Part shown: piece after piece, positions 13,726 to 28,071 of the stretch
Numbering within the stretch: the first letter of the stretch is position 1
Layout: the number at the start of each line of letters is the position of its first letter
Assembly: GCA_964016885.1 (NCBI GenBank)
Contig: OZ024758.1
Location: 4,712,001-4,776,000 of the forward strand
Origin: Eledone cirrhosa
Lineage: Eukaryota
Reading direction: 5' to 3'
Length of the DNA: 64,000 nt
Notes under the pieces: model-generated
Told to the model about the DNA's origin: nothing
The model's input: only the letters and a program-made list of their open reading frames with translations
Database searches by the model: none
Translations under genes and position numbers: made by a program

Positions 13726-14007
13726 GTGTGTATATATATATATATGTGTGTATATATATATATATATGTCTATATATATATATATATGTCTATATATATA
13801 TATATGTCTATATATATATATGTGTGTATATATATATATGTGTATATATATATATATGTGTATATATATATATGTGTATATATATATATATGTGTATATA
13901 TATATATATGTGTATATATATATATATGTGTATATATATATATATATATGTGTATATATATATATATGTGTATATATATAATATATAATATATATAATAT
14001 ATATATA
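13270..14007. repeat. (TA)n/(TG)n compound microsatellite
   Basis: Direct reading. Confidence 0.97.
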
Positions 14008-14144
14008 ATTAAAAGTTTAACAAGGTTCAATGAATTCGTCAATGAATAAAGTTTCACAATAGATTAGAAACTCTTTAGAAAGGTTTTCTGGAGTTAATAT
14101 TACTTCATAATATTAATAAATATAGACATTCATGAGATCAAATA

Positions 14145-14210
14145 TATTTTTTTATACATATTTCAGAGGTACTGAGCTATTTCAACAGTACGTCCTCATC
14201 AGATAAATTT
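14145..14210 (-). ncRNA. type I hammerhead ribozyme (family A2)
   Basis: aaatttat-CTGATGA-gga-c-GTACTG-loop-CAGTAC-c-tct-GAAA-tatgta-TA-aaaaaata. Confidence 0.6.
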
Positions 14211-14311
14211 AGTTGATGTCCGACATACCTTGACTATGTTGATGGTTATAATTAGTCTGCCATGACTAAATTATAACCATCAACATAGACAAGGTATGTC
14301 GGACATCAACT

Positions 14312-14373
14312 TATTTTATCTGATGAGGACTGTTGAAATAGCTCAGTACCTCTGAAATATGTATAATAATATA
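14312..14373 (+). ncRNA. type I hammerhead ribozyme (family A2, 4-nt deletion in stem II)
   Basis: tattttat-CTGATGA(14320)-ggactg..cagtacctct-GAAA(14354)-tatgta-TA-ataatata. Confidence 0.6.
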
Positions 14374-14456
14374 TATTTGATGACATGAATGTCTATATTT
14401 ATTAATATTTTGAAGCAATATATATGTATATATATATATATATATATATGTGTGTA

Positions 14457-14492
<36 letters not shown>

Positions 14493-15219
14493 TATATGTG
14501 TGTATATGTGTATGTGTATATGTGTATGTGTGTGTGCGTGTATATGTATGTAGGTGTATCTGTGCACACTTGGCATCACCAGAAATTGAAAACTGAACTT
14601 TTTCTATTATTTTTTTTATTATTTCTTTTATCTTCTTAAAAGAAAATAATTCAAAGACGAAATATAAATAAACCCCCCGCTCCCCACCCAGAATTTACTT
14701 GGAAAGTTTTTCCAGTGCTTAATAGCTTTTATGAATATAGATTTATTTGTTTCTTCATAAGTCAAGACCTTAGGTAAATCTACATCAACAAAGTTTAGAA
14801 AAAAAGTTAAACAACATTATCTGGCTTCCCGGTTTTCATTCTATTTCACTTTACCAAACAAATTTTTCTATTTCAAAACACAATTCAGTTATTTCTCGTC
14901 TTCTTTTGTCTTCCATCTAAATTAAATATAATATAAATGTGTTATTGTATCAACATATACAACAGCATAGCAAAATTTCAACAGTCAGAATCTGGATGAC
15001 TAATGATGCATCATTTTGATCCGCCATTTTCTAAGTTCAACTCAAACAAACTTCAATTTCAACTTCCGTGTGCAACAGCTGAGAATATATTTTGATCCGC
15101 TATTTTCTCAGATCAAATCAAACAAATTTCGATTTGACCTTCCGTCTTCAACAGTTGTGAATATATTTTCAGCGTGAGTGAGTAGCAATATCTGATCCGA
15201 GCAGACTAAATCTCTATAT

Positions 15220-15715
15220 TACGAGGGTGGGGTGAAAGGTTCATAGGCTGATTATGAATGGGTGATGCTAAAGCTGTGAAATGTTGAATGCATTATTTCT
15301 TTCCAAGCCTATGCTGAAGAATAAACGTTATTTGGTTATTCCATGAGAGTACCTTGGTCAGTCTATGATCTTTTAGGCCTGTGAACTTTCTATATTACGA
15401 TGATGGGGTGAACAGTTCATAGGCTGACTATTAGGGGGCGATGCTAGAGCTGTTAAATCTTGCATGCATTAATTTCAACTTTTCGATGTTGAAAAATAGA
15501 CCTCATTTGGTCTATTCCATTTGGTTTATTCCATGAGAGATACTTGGTTAGCTTATGAAAGAGTGATGCTATTGCTGTGAAATCTTACATGCATTAATTT
15601 CAAAATTTTAATAACTGCATTGTTTCTTTCCAGGGACTATGTTGAAAAATAAACCTCATTTGGTCATTCCATGAGAGTATCTTGGTCGGCCTATGATCTT
15701 TTAGGCCTATGAAAG
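15220..15715 (+). mobile_element. cluster of tandem/partial mariner-like MITE copies
   Basis: Repeated tacgagggt..gttcataggctga and cctcatttggtcattccatgagag blocks. Confidence 0.7.
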
Positions 15716-16019
15716 ACAGCACTGCGTTGCCATTAGAAGTTGCGGATTTAAAAGAAAGGAAAGTATAGGTTCCAATTTCTTGGATTCTGAGTTCAAATCT
15801 CGCTACTTTCAAAATAGTTTTGCTTTTCATCTTTCTATGACGAGAAAGGTAGAGACGCTTCTATGACCAGAACGCTAGAGACGCTTCTATAAGGAGTTAT
15901 GACATAGTATCAGCAATGGAAATACTGATTTAATCTTGAGGAACGGTCTTTATATTGTTTCCTTTCCTTCCTTCCTTCCTTCCTTCCTTCCTTCCTTATT
16001 CATTTCTGTTTATGTCAGA

Positions 16020-16180
16020 ATATGAGGTTTATTCTTCAACATAGTCCCTGGAAAGAAACAATGCAGTTATTGATAAGAAGAGTTGAAAGTAATGCCTGCA
16101 AGATTTCACAGCTTTAGTATCTTTCTTACATAGACTGACCAAGATGCTCTCATGGAATGACCAAATGAGGTTTATTTCTA
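16020..16180 (-). mobile_element. mariner-like MITE fragment
   Basis: Reverse complement of the same family blocks. Confidence 0.6.
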
Positions 16181-17199
16181 TATAGTAAGACGCTCGACAT
16201 CTGTTTAGTTTGAGAAATGTAAAAATAAGATAATTTCATAAAATGTAGAACATTAAAAGCTATAATAATAAACCTCCAATTGCAACCTTTCATATTTCGC
16301 ATCATACAAGAATGGAATTTATAGGAAATTGAGACTCAAAAACTTGTCATGTCTAGCAAGAATTTGTAATCTTATAACAAAATAATGGAGTTTCACTGTA
16401 GTAGATTTAAAACAAGAATATTTGATTGGGTGAAATCGTGTTATTGTTTATGTGTTATTTGTATTTATATATTTTTTTGTTGTTTTCCATTTTTTGAGAA
16501 TGTTTTGGTGCTTCATATCACGCCGAAGTGCTATTAATCGAAAAACACCAGTTTGACAGAATAAGAAAATTAATTTTTAACTTCAAATTGGAATTATGAG
16601 AATGAAAATAATATGAAATGTTTTACGGCATGACGCTGTTTGTTCGGATTTAGAGTCAATCAGCTTTATAACTTGCTAATATTTTGACATCATAATATTT
16701 TATAATTGCATAAGAAGACATAAATTGATCCTGTCTGTTGTATTCACCAATGAACAAAATAATCAGTGATTTGGGCTTTGGAGTAAACAACTGCATTAGT
16801 GCTTCTCAAAGATTTTTGTTTAAACGCTTCGTGTTTGATATGGTAAAGCCATCAACGACCCAACCACCAACGCAGTATTTTACTCATTAATGAATGCTTC
16901 CAATACTCTTTGAAATCTCACTCAACACCCCATATGCTTACAGACCCTCGGATTTTCTATAACAGCCCAAGTTTAGAAATACTTTGAAAAAAAACACTGA
17001 CCAACACGGCTAATAAACCAGCGAGGTTGTGTGATTGAGTCAATGTTTTGAAGCTTGTGTCCATTTTGGCGTGGTGATCACAAAATTGGTAAAATAAAAC
17101 TTAGAGAAACACTGCATCTGAAAGTATAAACCGCTCCTGACATTCTGTGATGTTACAGTTTACTTTACGACGTTCCACATGATTATGTAATAAATATAA

Positions 17200-17308
17200 T
17201 TGTTTCTAGTTAACCTCGGCGGGATTTGAACTCAGACTGTAAAGGACCGTAAATATGCTGCAAAGCATGGTGTCCGACCCTCTACTGATACTGCCAATCC
17301 ACCGCCCT
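17200..17308 (-). mobile_element. SINE family 1, internally deleted
   Basis: Head (A/B boxes) intact, core missing. Confidence 0.75.
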
Positions 17309-18114
17309 TTGTCCGAATAAAATAATGCCTTTTGTCCTAGTTCTGCCCAATTTCTTGTCTAGAATTAGCTGGTTGGCAACTCAGTACTTCATGAAATATA
17401 TTTTTCTCATGATCCCACTGGCCAGAAATTCATGAAACCATTTCAATACTCGATGTTGAATCCCTACAATTTACTATACAGTAGTTTAGTAATTCAGTAA
17501 TACTCTGTAAAGTATCATACTATTTGTAAACAGCAGTGATAATATACATGGTAGCATAGCTCGGAGAAAACTTTTGCAGCATTTTTAAATGGACTATCAC
17601 ATGAATATATTTAAGTTTGATATTTGTACCTTGTTTTCCAAACCTGTCTAATGTTAAACCACAAATAATAGTAAGCACATATGTAAATACACAAATGTTG
17701 TAACCTATGTGAATAATATTGGCCGACATTTTTTATTGTCCTTAGATTTGCCATTAAGAGACACATTTAGAATGTTAAAATTCTAGATTTGAAATTCTAA
17801 ATCACTGTTGCATAGAGAAGACATTTATGGAGATTGCGATTTTTATTAGCTCCACTCTGGAATGTAAAATTCTTGTATCAGTATAATTATAGCAGATAAG
17901 TTAATGATTAGGAAGTCAACTACTAGAATCAATATTTTCAATTTAACATCGGGGGACACGGCTTTTAGTTACTAAGTAGTCCAAAAAATAACAGGTCTCC
18001 ACCTTTCACTGTAGATGGGTTTAGGAAGCTTGTTTCTAATTGACCATCGGTCAAGATAGGAGAAATTCAAGGTTTCGCAAACGTGCACAGCTTTCAGTAT
18101 GTTAATGATATAAT

Positions 18115-18483
18115 TGTTTCTACTTTTGGCACAAGGCCAGCAATTACCCAGTGCATTACTGGTACTTTATTTTATCGACCCCGTAAGTATGAAAGGCAAA
18201 GTTAACAACGGCGGGATTTGAACTCAGAATGGCAAGGGCCGTAGCTCTATGCGTCAAAGCATGGCGTCCGACATACCGATACTGCTAATCCACCGCCCTG
18301 GTTTCTACTTTTGGCACAAGGCCAGCGATTACCCCAGTGCATCACTGGTACTTTATTTTATCGACCTCGTAAGGATGAAAGACAAAGTTAACCTCGGCGG
18401 ATTTCAACGCAGAACGCAAAGGGACGTAACTATGCTGCAAAGTATGGCGTCCGACCCTCTTCCGATACTGCCAAACCACCGCC
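18115..18483 (-). mobile_element. head-to-tail SINE family 1 dimer with one 17-bp TSD
   Basis: Two full copies. tatgttaatgatataat at 18098-18114 and 18484-18500. Confidence 0.85.
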
Positions 18484-18500
18484 TATGTTAATGATATAAT

Positions 18501-18634
18501 GGCAGTGGGTTTGCAGAATCGGTAGAACGTCAGATAACATGCTTAGTGTCATGGAGTTACGGTCCTTTACGTTCTGGGTTAAATCCTGCCGAGGTTAGAT
18601 TTGCCTTTCATCCTTACGGAGTCGATAAAGTAAA
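18501..18634 (+). mobile_element. SINE family 1, 3' truncated
   Basis: ggcagtgggtttgcagaatcggtag..gcctttcatccttacggagtcgataaa. Confidence 0.8.
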
Positions 18635-18651
18635 GTGCCTATAATAGGACC

Positions 18652-18691
<40 letters not shown>

Positions 18692-18693
<2 letters not shown>

Positions 18694-18885
18694 CAAGGAA
18701 AGAGTGGTAAGGAACCAGGTGCACCATAACGCAGCAGAGTACTCGATACTTAGGGTAGTAGAGTGGGTAATAGGAAAAGAGTCAGGAGCCCGACGGCTGA
18801 GCTCCGGCCGTTTCGACAGCTGGATCCGAACAAAGCTGTCGAAACGGCTGGAGCTCAGCTGTCGGGGTCCTGACTCTTTTCCTAT
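18692..18885 (-). mobile_element. palindromic element (family C) with hammerhead 3' half, in (TA)n
   Basis: Arms 18770-18821 / 18834-18885; agctgtc-GAAA-CGGCTG-gagct-CAGCTG-TC-ggggtc. Homologs at 43557-43751 and 59134-59346. Confidence 0.75.
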
Positions 18886-19200
18886 ATAATATATATATAT
18901 ATATAATATATATATATAATATATATATATAATATATATATATAATATATATATATAATATATATAATATATATATATATATAATATATATATATATATA
19001 ATATATATATATATATAATATATATATATATATAATATATATATAATATATATAATATATATATAATATATATAATATATATATAATATATATAATATAT
19101 ATATAATATATATAATATATATATAATATATATAATATATATATAATATATATAATATATATATATATATATAATATATATATATATAATATATATATAT

Positions 19201-19231
<31 letters not shown>

Positions 19232-19247
19232 ATATATATATATATAT

Positions 19248-19299
<52 letters not shown>

Positions 19300-19778
19300 A
19301 TATATATATATATATAATATATATATATAATATATAATATATATAATATATAATATATATATATAATATATATATATAATATATATATATATAATATATA
19401 ATATATAATATATAATATATATATATATAATATATAATATATATATATATAATATATAATATATATATATAATATATATATATAATATATATATATAATA
19501 TATATATATATAATATATATAATATAATATATAATATATATATAATATATATATAATATATATATAATATATATATAATATATATATAATATATATAATA
19601 TATATATAATATATAATATATATGATATATATATAATATATATATATAATATATATATATAATATATATATATAATATATATAATATAATATATATAATA
19701 TAATATATATAATATAATATATATAATATATATATATAATATATATATAATATATATATAATATATAATATAATATAT

Positions 19779-19813
<35 letters not shown>

Positions 19814-19882
19814 ATATATATATAATATATATATATATAATATATATATATATAATATATATATATAATATATATATATAAT

Positions 19883-19914
<32 letters not shown>

Positions 19915-19961
19915 ATATATATAATATATGATATATATAATATATGATATATATATATATA

Positions 19962-20009
<48 letters not shown>

Positions 20010-20055
20010 TATAATATATATAATATATATATATAATATATATATATATAATATA
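18886..20055. repeat. (TA)n/(TAA) microsatellite
   Basis: Direct reading. Confidence 0.98.
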
Positions 20056-20245
20056 TAATTGTTTCTACTTTAGGCACAAGGCCAGCAACTACCCAGTGCA
20101 TTACTGGTACTTTATTTTATCGACCCCGTAAGGATGAAAGGCAAAGTTAACCTCGGCGGGATTTGAACTCAGAATGGCAAGGGACGTAACTCTATACGTC
20201 AAAGCATGGCGTCCGACCCTCTACCAATACTGCCAATCCACCGCC
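20056..20245 (-). mobile_element. SINE family 1, full length
   Basis: Near-consensus copy. Confidence 0.9.
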
Positions 20246-20689
20246 TTATATATAATATATAATATATATAATATATATATATATATATATAATGTAATGT
20301 ACCAACCAGGAAAATGATACCCGGGACTTCATTGCTCGTGATTAATCCTCCATTACTGAAGAACACATTCCAACATTTCCAAACACAGTTCTCTGCCCTT
20401 GTTCAGTTTTTTTTTTTTTGTTTTTGTTTTTTTTGGCTCTCGTTAGTTTCTCAATATCAAAACGACAGCTTCTATTAAGTTAGACTAAATATTCACACTA
20501 TATCCTATATATCCTTTCCTTTACTGTCTTCGGAACTGTCAAGATCTTAGGATACCCTTTGTCAATGGTATTGCAGTTCTATGACAGTTGATCTTCACCT
20601 CTGATACTCTCTCATCTCCAAATACCTTCCATTCACATTGACACGGATACAACTATACACGTCGTTTGTTTCTATGCTATTGTTGCTGA

Positions 20690-21610
20690 CGTCATTGCCG
20701 CTGTGGTTGTTATTGGTAGTGTTGTTGTTGTTGTTGTTGATGGTGTTGCAGTGGTGGTGTTGATGTTCGTGTTGATGGTGAAGCTGATGTTGGTAAAGCT
20801 GATGTTGGATGTGGGTGGTGGTGAAGCTGATGTTGGTGATGATGATGATGGTGATGGTGATGGTGGTGATGGTGATGGTGGTGATGGTGATGGTGATGGT
20901 GGTGATGGTGGTGGTGATGGTGGTGATGGTGGTGGTGGTGGTGGTGATGGTGGTGATGATGGTGGTGGTGGTGGTGATGATGGTGGTGGTGATGATGGTG
21001 GTGGTGATGATGGTGGTGGTGGTGATGTTGGTGGTGATGGTGATGATGGTGGTGGTGATGGTGGTGGTGATGATGGTGGTGATGATGGTGCTGGTGATGA
21101 TGGTGGTGGTGATGTGGTGGTGATGATGGTGGTGGTGATGGTGGTGGTGGTGATGGTGGTGGTGGTGATGGTGGTGGTGGTGATGGTGGTGGTGGTGATG
21201 TTGGTGGTGGTGATGTTGGTGGTGGTGATGGTGGTGGTGGTGATGTTGGTGGTGGTGATGTTGGTGGTGGTGATGTTGGTGGTGGTGATGTTGGTGGTGG
21301 TGATGGTGGTGGTGGTGGTGGTGAAGGTGGTGTTGGTGGTGATGATGGTGATGTTGGTAGTGAAGGTGATGTTGGTAGTGATGATGTTAGTGGTGGTGAT
21401 GTTGGTGATAGGGATGGTGGTGATAGGGATGCTGGTGGTGGTGGTGGTGAAGCTGATGTTGGTGGTGAAGCTGATGTTGGTGGTGGTGATGTTGGTGATA
21501 GGGATGTTGGTGATAGGGATGTTGGTGGTGGTAGTGGTGGTGAAGGTGATATTCGTGTTGATGGTGATGTTGATGGTGGTGCTGATGGTTTGGTGGTGGT
21601 GTTGGTAGTG
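20690..21610. repeat. (GGT/GAT/GTT)n low-complexity tract
   Basis: Trinucleotide mosaic, open in several frames on both strands. Confidence 0.9.
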
Positions 21611-22493
21611 ATATTTTTGGTAGAAATGGTGAAAAATATTTAGTTTATGCAGCCCAATCAACACTTCCTAGATTACAACTGTTTACCATAGAAACATTGA
21701 AATCCAGAATGAAAGAAATTAGTTTTTATCTGATTCTATAGAAAAGAAATATATGAAAAGTGTGCAAACTTTTTGAACCTTCTAGAAATTCCTACTTTTC
21801 ATATTATTACATACTATTACAATGCGATAGACCAATTATATTTTGAGATAAATTTTTTTTTTTTTTTCCCTTTACATAGACATAATTTCAGAAATATATT
21901 AAGGAAGAAAATTAGATTGTTGAACACTCATGGATATCTCAAAGATTTTGATGAAGTGAATTTGTTTCAACTGAGAATCAATGCCGTTTCTCAGTCAGCT
22001 CCCTGGGAACTCACCTCTTGATTTACATTGCTGGTTATATCCGTGGAGATAAATAAAATTGCATTAACTGACAATGAGAAACATTAATATTTTGTGAAGC
22101 CCTTAAAAATTATTTGATCTTCCATTAACAGAAATAGATGCATTCAGTTGGGAAGCTAATTTATAGAACCCTTGTAATAAAAGCTTTTTAAAATTATATA
22201 CAACGATAGCTGCATTAATTTTCTCATGTGTAAAGGATTTTATGACCAGCCTATTAGACTTTTCGGCATCAGTATACGAAAACACTGTAGTAACCTACAG
22301 GTCATAATTCGACTCCGACCATTATCTACACTCTTTGAATATCACCCCTGTTCTAAGACTAATAATCATTAATTATTTCCTGAATAAATCCATCTATTCG
22401 TGTATGCATATATATATATTTACGTATGTATGTTGTTATGTATGTATTTATTACGCATGTATGCATTTATGTATGTATATGTATGTATGTATC

Positions 22494-22529
<36 letters not shown>

Positions 22530-22583
22530 TGTATCTGTATATATATATATATGTGTGTATTTATGTATGTATCTATATATATA

Positions 22584-22624
<41 letters not shown>

Positions 22625-22899
22625 TTATGTATGTATTTATGTATGTATTTATATATGTATGTATTTATGTATGTATGCATCTGTATATATATATATATTT
22701 GTATTTATATTTTATAAGCGAGTATGTATGTATGTTTGTATGTATGTAAATATATCGTACACATCTATTCATGATTGCGAATGTTTCGCTTTCTATACAA
22801 TATTATGAATGTGTATTATAGGAAAGAAATTCTGTATTATAGAAATGTGAAAGAAATATGTTTAGGTTATTTATGTATGTATATATATATGTAAGATGC

Positions 22900-23480
22900 T
22901 GTGTATGTATATATGTGTGTAAGTTGATGTGGTATGTATATATGTGTGTAAGTTGATGTGGTATGTATATATGTGTGTAAGTTGATGTGGTATGTATATA
23001 TGTGTGTAAGTTGATGTGGTATGTATATATGTGTGTAAGTTGATGTGTATGTATATATGTGTGTAAGTTGATGTGGTATGTATATATATATGTAAGATGA
23101 TGTGTATGTATATATGTGTGTAAGTTGATGTGGTATGTATATATGTGTGAAAGTTGATGTGTATGTATATATGTGTGTAAGTTGATGTGGTATGTATATA
23201 TGTGTGTAAGTTGATGTGGTATGTATATATGTGTGTAAGTTGATGTGTATGTATATATGTGTGTAAGTTGATGTGGTATGTATATATGTGTGTAAGTTGA
23301 TGTGGTATGTATATATGTGTGAAAGTTGATGTGTATGTATATATGTGTGTAAGTTGATGTGGTATGTATATATGTGTGTAAGTTGATGTGGTATGTATAT
23401 ATGTGTGTAAGTTGATGTGTATGTATATATGTGTGTAAGTTGATGTGGTATGTATATATGTGTGTAAGTTGATGTGTATG
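22900..23480. repeat. ~29-bp minisatellite (gtatgtatatatgtgtgtaagttgatgtg)
   Basis: Direct reading, about 20 units. Confidence 0.9.
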
Positions 23481-24035
23481 TTCTGGTGTAACTAAGAAGA
23501 TATATTTTCAATACACAATACTACTTCTGTTACATAATTGCAGGATATTTCTGATCCAATATATAAACACCCCAGTTGTAAGTGAAACCTAAAGGAGGCC
23601 TTTCTCTTTATATATATATTCTGATACATATTTACCACTAATAACAGAAACAATTGAATTTCTACCAAGCAATATGTGGGAGTGCATTTTTATTGCATTT
23701 GTTGTGGTTGTTGTTTTGGGGGGTTTTTGTGAAAATAATATCATTTTTCGTACAACTCGTAAAGAAATATAAATTTCTAAAAATATATTTTAAAAAGTTC
23801 GAACTCATTGATATAATAACCGTTTCTACTTGACAAGGCCAGCAATTGGTGTGGTAGTAGTGGCGGTGGAGTGATAGTAGTAGTGGTGGTGGTTTGATAG
23901 TGGAGGTATGGTGGTAGTGGTGGTGGTATGGTGGTTTGATAGTGATGGTGGTATTTGTAGAGGTGGTGTTTAGTAGTGGTGGTGGTGTGGTGGTTTGATA
24001 GTAGTGGTGGTATAGTGGTTGTGGTATGGTGATAA

Positions 24036-24086
<51 letters not shown>

Positions 24087-24635
24087 AATGTGATAGTGGT
24101 GGTGGTTGTATGTGTATGTGTAAATGCATATATGTGTTATTGTATGTGTGTAAATAAGTTATCCATAATATACGTTTGTAAACACTACTACTCCACCATA
24201 AGAAAACATCCTCAAATTCAACAAACACAACAACAACAACAACAACAACCAACACAGCAACAACAACAAACAATAACAATAACTATAACAACAACCACAA
24301 ACAACAACAACCAACACAACAGATACAATAACAACAACAAACACAACAAGAAAATAAAGAAAAATAGTTACACAGAAAAGATAAGCATAAAATGGCGACA
24401 ATGGAATGGCTAGAAAAACTAGATTTCTAAAAGTTGAGTGGCACTCAAGAAAATTTTAGAATGCTGGATTCGGTTAACGACCTGCCAGGAGACTGCAGCA
24501 GAGAATACAGTGGTGCCATCTCGTGGCAGCTGTCTAATCAGCTGCAGTGATGGAATTGTAAAATAATTGAGGGAAGACAGAGAATCGAATAAGGTGAACG
24601 ATGTGTGGAAAGTGTGGAAAGAAATGTTGGGGAGT

Positions 24636-24668
<33 letters not shown>

Positions 24669-24740
24669 TGGTGGAAGAAAGAGAGAGAAGGGGAAGAGAG
24701 AGACAGATGTGGGAGATATATATATAGAGTGGTGGGAGAA

Positions 24741-24777
<37 letters not shown>

Positions 24778-24981
24778 GGGGGAGAAAGGTAGATTAAGGT
24801 ACATAGAGAGGAAGTGACGTCAAATAAGTCAGTTTGGTAGTGGACAGAGGGATAGGTATAATATACTGGGAAATATCACAGTATATATATATATATATAT
24901 ATATAGAGTGAGAGAATCTATAGACAGCCAGACATATAGATATATAGATAGACATGTAGAAAGATAGACTGACAGCTAGAT

Positions 24982-25012
<31 letters not shown>

Positions 25013-25344
25013 AGCAAACTAACAAACAATGGAAGAATGCAAGGGATGGAGAAAGTAATAAAGACACGTATGATGAAACTGAATTTGAGAAGTATTCGTT
25101 CCAGCATCCAGCCATGCCTGGAGTTTGTGCATAGACGATAACGACATGAAACACGAGGTATGGGCACTGAAGTCATTACGATTTGTATTTAATATTTACA
25201 CCACAAATCTTCATAAGCTATTATCCACCTCTCTACATATCTACAGTCGTTTTGTTTTATTTTTTGTTGGTTTTTCAGCGTAATTCATCCTGTATATAGG
25301 AAAGCAGAATATATTTGCTTGTCACTAATGTGGACTTTAAAGGC

Positions 25345-25725
25345 AGATGTCAGATGACTTGAAACGACGGAGTGCATTTGAAATGCCATGCTATAGGTGT
25401 GCACTTAGAATTAGCTGGACAAATGAATCTGTCTTGGAAGAGATTGGTGCCAATCGATAGTTCGTTGAAACAGTAAGGAAAAGGAAACCTCAGTATTTTG
25501 GTCATGTCATCAGGGCCCAAACTTTGACTACCTTGAGGGACGAATGCAAGGGAAAAGGGCCAGGGGACGGTAGAAAAGGAGATGGACAGATGATGTTAAG
25601 GAATGGATCGGAAGGAGTTTTGAAGAATGTAAGGCAATAGCAAGAGACAGGAAAAGGTGGAGAGTTTTGGTCCACGATTCCTGACCCCACTACCCTCAGA
25701 TATGAGGATGGGATGAGAGAAGAAG
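25345..25725 (+). mobile_element. RTE (BovB-like) LINE 3' end (family R1)
   Basis: AFEMPCYRCALRISW..NESVLEEIG..KRKPQYFGHVIRA; paralog of 39200-39535. Confidence 0.8.
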
Positions 25726-26652
25726 ATAGAAGAATGTGGACACTTATGATTGAAATAATGTCAGACTATCTATAAGTTCCGTGGGTAGGGGTAGAATGTC
25801 ATTCTACCAGAGGAGCAGAAAGGGTGAAAAAAGAACAGCAGGAATACAAAAGATCAACTACTGATTGATAAAACAATCCTTGCGGGTTATAAAAAGCGGC
25901 ACAAGAACTTAACCAGTGTGTGTGTGTGTGTGTCTGTCTGTCTGTGTGTGTCTGTGTGTGTCTCTGTGTCTGTCTGTCTGTGTGTCTGTCTGTGTGTCTG
26001 TCTGTGTGTGTCTGTGTGTCTGTCTGTGTGTGTCTGTGTGTCTGTCTGTGTGTGTTCTGTCTGTGTGTGTTCTGTCTGTGTGTGTTCTGTCTGTGTGAGT
26101 GTAGATGTAATTCAATTTAAAATTTTATTCGAAAGTCACCATAACGTCGAATGCTCTTCCAGCTTTTTATTTTAAAATAAATTAAAAAATAATGAAAATA
26201 TAACCCCATTTATATACATGTTTTTAATCCATTAAGTCCATATTTAATATTTCCACTGAGAAAGATTATTTGAGTGACCAGCTTTGTTAGTTTCGTATCT
26301 TAACGTTATGTATTGAGGCAGCACCAGTTTCACTTACACTTTCATCTAGCTCCAATTGATAAAATATGTATTAGGCATGTACTGTATCTTTTCCTTATAA
26401 ATATGTGACCTTTTGCTGAGATGAGAAATCAATATTTCTGTCATTAATACTTTTCGTAAATGCATGAACTCTCCATCGTCAATTCCCCTATCTGTGTACA
26501 TTTATTAGTTTGCCCCTTGTCAAACAAAATCAATATTTCTTCCTAGCTAGTGACTAGCATAGAGTAGAGAGTAACTTCTTTGTCGTAATCCGTTTATTTC
26601 TATTATATCATTAATGCTCTTCAGATGGGAATGAATATCATTGCTTCATATT

Positions 26653-26715
<63 letters not shown>

Positions 26716-27761
26716 CATACACACACACACGACTACAGTTTGTGCTTATATAAGAAATATTATTGCTGAACAGAGTTCAAATATCTACTTAATTTTCAAT
26801 CAGTTCAGCAGCAAATTAAATGAATTATTTGTTAGAACTCAATAGTTTGAAACTAGAGACTAAGTAGAAATACCACTGGTGGAATTTTACTTTTCCTCCC
26901 TCTGGGTTCAATCAAATCTATTTCATTAGATTCTTTTGACATCGCTGTTTACCACTGTGTTACTAGATGTGCAGCTTTATATTTATTCAAACGTATGTAA
27001 CAAATATTTAGATAATTTGAAAAGACATCAAGCCACAATATAATTAATAGCATCTGACTTGAGAATATTAATCAAAGCACTGATAGAATAGAAATTCAAT
27101 TGATGGTTCAAATTTCCTTGAGTGTGGCAGAAATATTTATTGGTTTTGATATAAGTATAATTATTTCAACTTTCCAAAACAGATTACAAAATTGGTTATG
27201 AACAAATAGAAAAAAAAGCATCATGGGGCCATACTTGCCAAACGAAGCCAAGTTTCCTAGAATGGCACCGGAGAAGTACTATTGTTTTCATATAAATCAA
27301 AAAGCTAATAAATCTTTTCACTCAAGAAGATAAATTGGAATAATATGTTTCGTTCTAACAACCATATAGTTTTAGAACCAACAACTTTTAGTAACAATGC
27401 TTTAGAATAGATACTGTCAGAAATGTCATATAATAATGATACACCACGGGAACTGACAGGGTAAGATTGCCAAACAATACACATAGACCCGACAACAAGG
27501 TTTCTTCTACTATTTCAGACATATTAAAAACTCTGAAATAATTGTTTACAAATCTGGAATAGTTGCTATTTAGACGAGGGTAGATTACATTGAAGTTGAA
27601 ACGATATTCATATCAAATTAATGCGCATTCAATAATATTTGTTTCAAATTAATATTCACTCAATATCATATATACAAAATACAGTCATGAGAAATAAGCA
27701 TGAAAAAGATTGTCTCTGCTTATTGTAGATGTGTTTACACAGATGGACTGACACATGTACG

Positions 27762-27769
<8 letters not shown>

Positions 27770-27793
<24 letters not shown>

Positions 27794-27902
27794 CTCGCCG
27801 TGTGCTAGTATATGCTATTATGGATGAGTATATATAAATATATATATATACATATATATATACATATGCATATATATGCATATATGCATATATATATATA
27901 TA

Positions 27903-27936
<34 letters not shown>

Positions 27937-27979
27937 TATATGCATATATATTATATATATATATATATATATGCATATA

Positions 27980-28015
<36 letters not shown>

Positions 28016-28037
28016 TATATGCATATATATATATATA

Positions 28038-28071
<34 letters not shown>

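Larger units (their letters stand above)
14008..14415 (-). mobile_element. palindromic element (family A2) in (TA)n
   Basis: Arms 14103-14257 / 14264-14415, 6-nt loop. The tail 14008-14065 matches the reverse complement of 59935-59990. Confidence 0.75.

Noticed and set aside
16190-17140. Unique region that might be a transposase remnant or exon
   Set aside because: No sustained reading frame, TIRs or motif that I could identify.
20672-21664. 330-aa Thr/Pro/Ser-rich mucin- or extensin-like ORF
   Set aside because: Trinucleotide low-complexity tract open on both strands, with a register shift in the middle and no non-repetitive domain or splice support.
26555-26630. CTGAAGA on the minus strand near (TA)n
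   Set aside because: No stem II closing onto a GAAA box.
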